DNA from: Minisyncoccota bacterium
GTDB lineage: Bacteria; Patescibacteriota; Minisyncoccia; Moranbacterales; GCA-2747515
Assembly: GCA_020629675.1 (NCBI GenBank)
Contig: JAHDCW010000003.1
Coordinates: forward strand, 19,924-55,397
Reading direction: 5' to 3'
DNA: 35,474 nt
Shown: positions 34,578 through 35,474 of the stretch, piece by piece
How the letters are laid out: each line of letters opens with the position of its first letter
How positions within the stretch are numbered: the stretch's first letter is position 1
Notes under the pieces: generated by a model
What the model was told of the DNA's origin: nothing
Database searches by the model: none
The model's input: the letters and a program-made list of their open reading frames with translations, nothing else
Program-made: the position numbers and the translations under genes

Positions 34578-35474
34578 TTAACGGGGTGTGGTGGCACTCC
34601 TTAGGATTATATCTACGAGATCTGTAAAAGAATAGCCAGCAGCCTGTGCCTCTTGGGGACAGAGGCTTGTTTTTGTCATGCCGGGTAAAGTATTAATTTC
34701 GAGAAAGTAGAGAGTGTCATCGTCTTTATCGTAGATGAAATCACTGCGACTGAGTCCGGAGCATGATAATTGTGTGTGAATTGTATGTGCTGATGATCTG
34801 ATGTGATCAGAGAGAGTGTCTGAGATCTGTGCAGGGCAGGTCTCAGTGGCGCCATCTGTCGCACTGTATTTCTCATCATAGGTAAAGAAGGCTGCTTCCG
34901 CTGGCGCGATCTCGATCACGGGGAAGGTGGTGATCTCGCCATCGCCTGCGTCCATGACAGCACAGGAGAACTCAGCGCCTGGTATAAATTTTTGAACAAG
35001 TATTTTGGTGTCGTGCGCAAATGCCTCTGTGAGAGCTGCGTCTAGTGCGTCAGCATTTTCCACACGAGAAACACCAACGCTTGAGCCGGAGCGTGCTGGT
35101 TTGACGAAGCAGGGAAATCCGATTGTGGAGTGTGTTTCCTCTCGCATATCATCTCGCGCGTCGCTATCTCTAAAAATCAGCGTCTGTGGCTGGGTGATGT
35201 TTTGGTTTGCTAACAGCTTGTGTGTAAATTCTTTATCGAAGCAGAGGCTGCTCGCACTCATCGATGAGCCAGTGTAGGGTATGCCAATAGTATCGAGATA
35301 GGCTTGAATATACCCATCTTCACCAAAAGATCCATGTAAGGCGATGAAAGCAATGTCATACTTGTCAGTTAGATCCGCGGTGATGGCCTGTGTAGCGATC
35401 AGGTCACATGTGTCTATGTCCTCAGGTTTGTCATAGAGTGAGAGGGTGAGGTGGTGATCTGGATCTGCGAGGGT
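34578..35474 (-). CDS. ddl: D-alanine--D-alanine ligase (5' end outside window)
   Basis: Frame open to the window edge: LHGSFGEDG, PYTGS, FVKP..GSSVG, YDEKY, RSDF, EINTLPGMT. Confidence 0.95.
   Translation of the reverse strand, partial: TLADPDHHLTLSLYDKPEDIDTCDLIATQAITADLTDKYDIAFIALHGSFGEDGYIQAYLDTIGIPYTGSSMSASSLCFDKEFTHKLLANQNITQPQTLIFRDSDARDDMREETHSTIGFPCFVKPARSGSSVGVSRVENADALDAALTEAFAHDTKILVQKFIPGAEFSCAVMDAGDGEITTFPVIEIAPAEAAFFTYDEKYSATDGATETCPAQISDTLSDHIRSSAHTIHTQLSCSGLSRSDFIYDKDDDTLYFLEINTLPGMTKTSLCPQEAQAAGYSFTDLVDIILRSATTPR

Noticed and set aside
478-35277. Many 60-150 aa antisense or alternate-frame ORFs in the track
   Set aside because: They shadow well-supported genes and lack motifs or expression signals
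27844-35474. Vancomycin-resistance cluster (sanA, carboxypeptidase, ddl)
   Set aside because: Ddl keeps the omega-loop KY typical of D-Ala-D-Ala ligases; no vanH, vanX or vanRS; the genes are not one operon
1-35474. Alternative genetic code (UGA=Gly), CRISPR arrays, transposases, introns/inteins
   Set aside because: Conserved genes are full length in code 11 and several end in TGA at the expected position; no repeat-spacer arrays, mobile-element motifs or large insertions seen

Overview
Gene-dense bacterial chromosome segment in standard code 11 (TGA is used as a stop). Most genes are on the + strand, which looks G/T-rich by eye, as expected of a leading strand. Core genes have AT-rich upstream regions without Shine-Dalgarno sites, PGK is shortened, NDK is long-form, S12 carries an N-terminal insertion, and ORFans are scattered throughout. 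By inference this is a Patescibacteria/CPR (Parcubacteria-like) genome. In order, the window holds: 3' end of atpC; class 2 pyrD; CBS-pair protein and ArsB/NhaD-type transporter; leuS-MazG-like-GNAT; nucleotidyltransferase-YvcK-HAD; folD; tRNA-Leu(CAA); parAB; CorA/ZntB-family transporter; ABC-2 pair; DEDDh nuclease-MGMT-metallopeptidase-hydrolase; rpsL-rpsG-fusA without tuf; ndk; thermonuclease; trhO; sanA; MFS; scpAB; D,D-carboxypeptidase; mraY; pgk; partial ddl. I found no mobile element, CRISPR array or rRNA. The most notable features outside the ORF track are four microproteins (two membrane peptides where tuf usually lies, a probably leaderless 4-Cys zinc-ribbon peptide before parA, and an acidic 52-aa peptide), a structured rpsL leader with alternative pairings, and many extended -10 promoters. 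The track also contains quinone-type PyrD and O2-dependent TrhO, which are unexpected in such a lineage. All family assignments come from motif recognition by eye, not from database searches.
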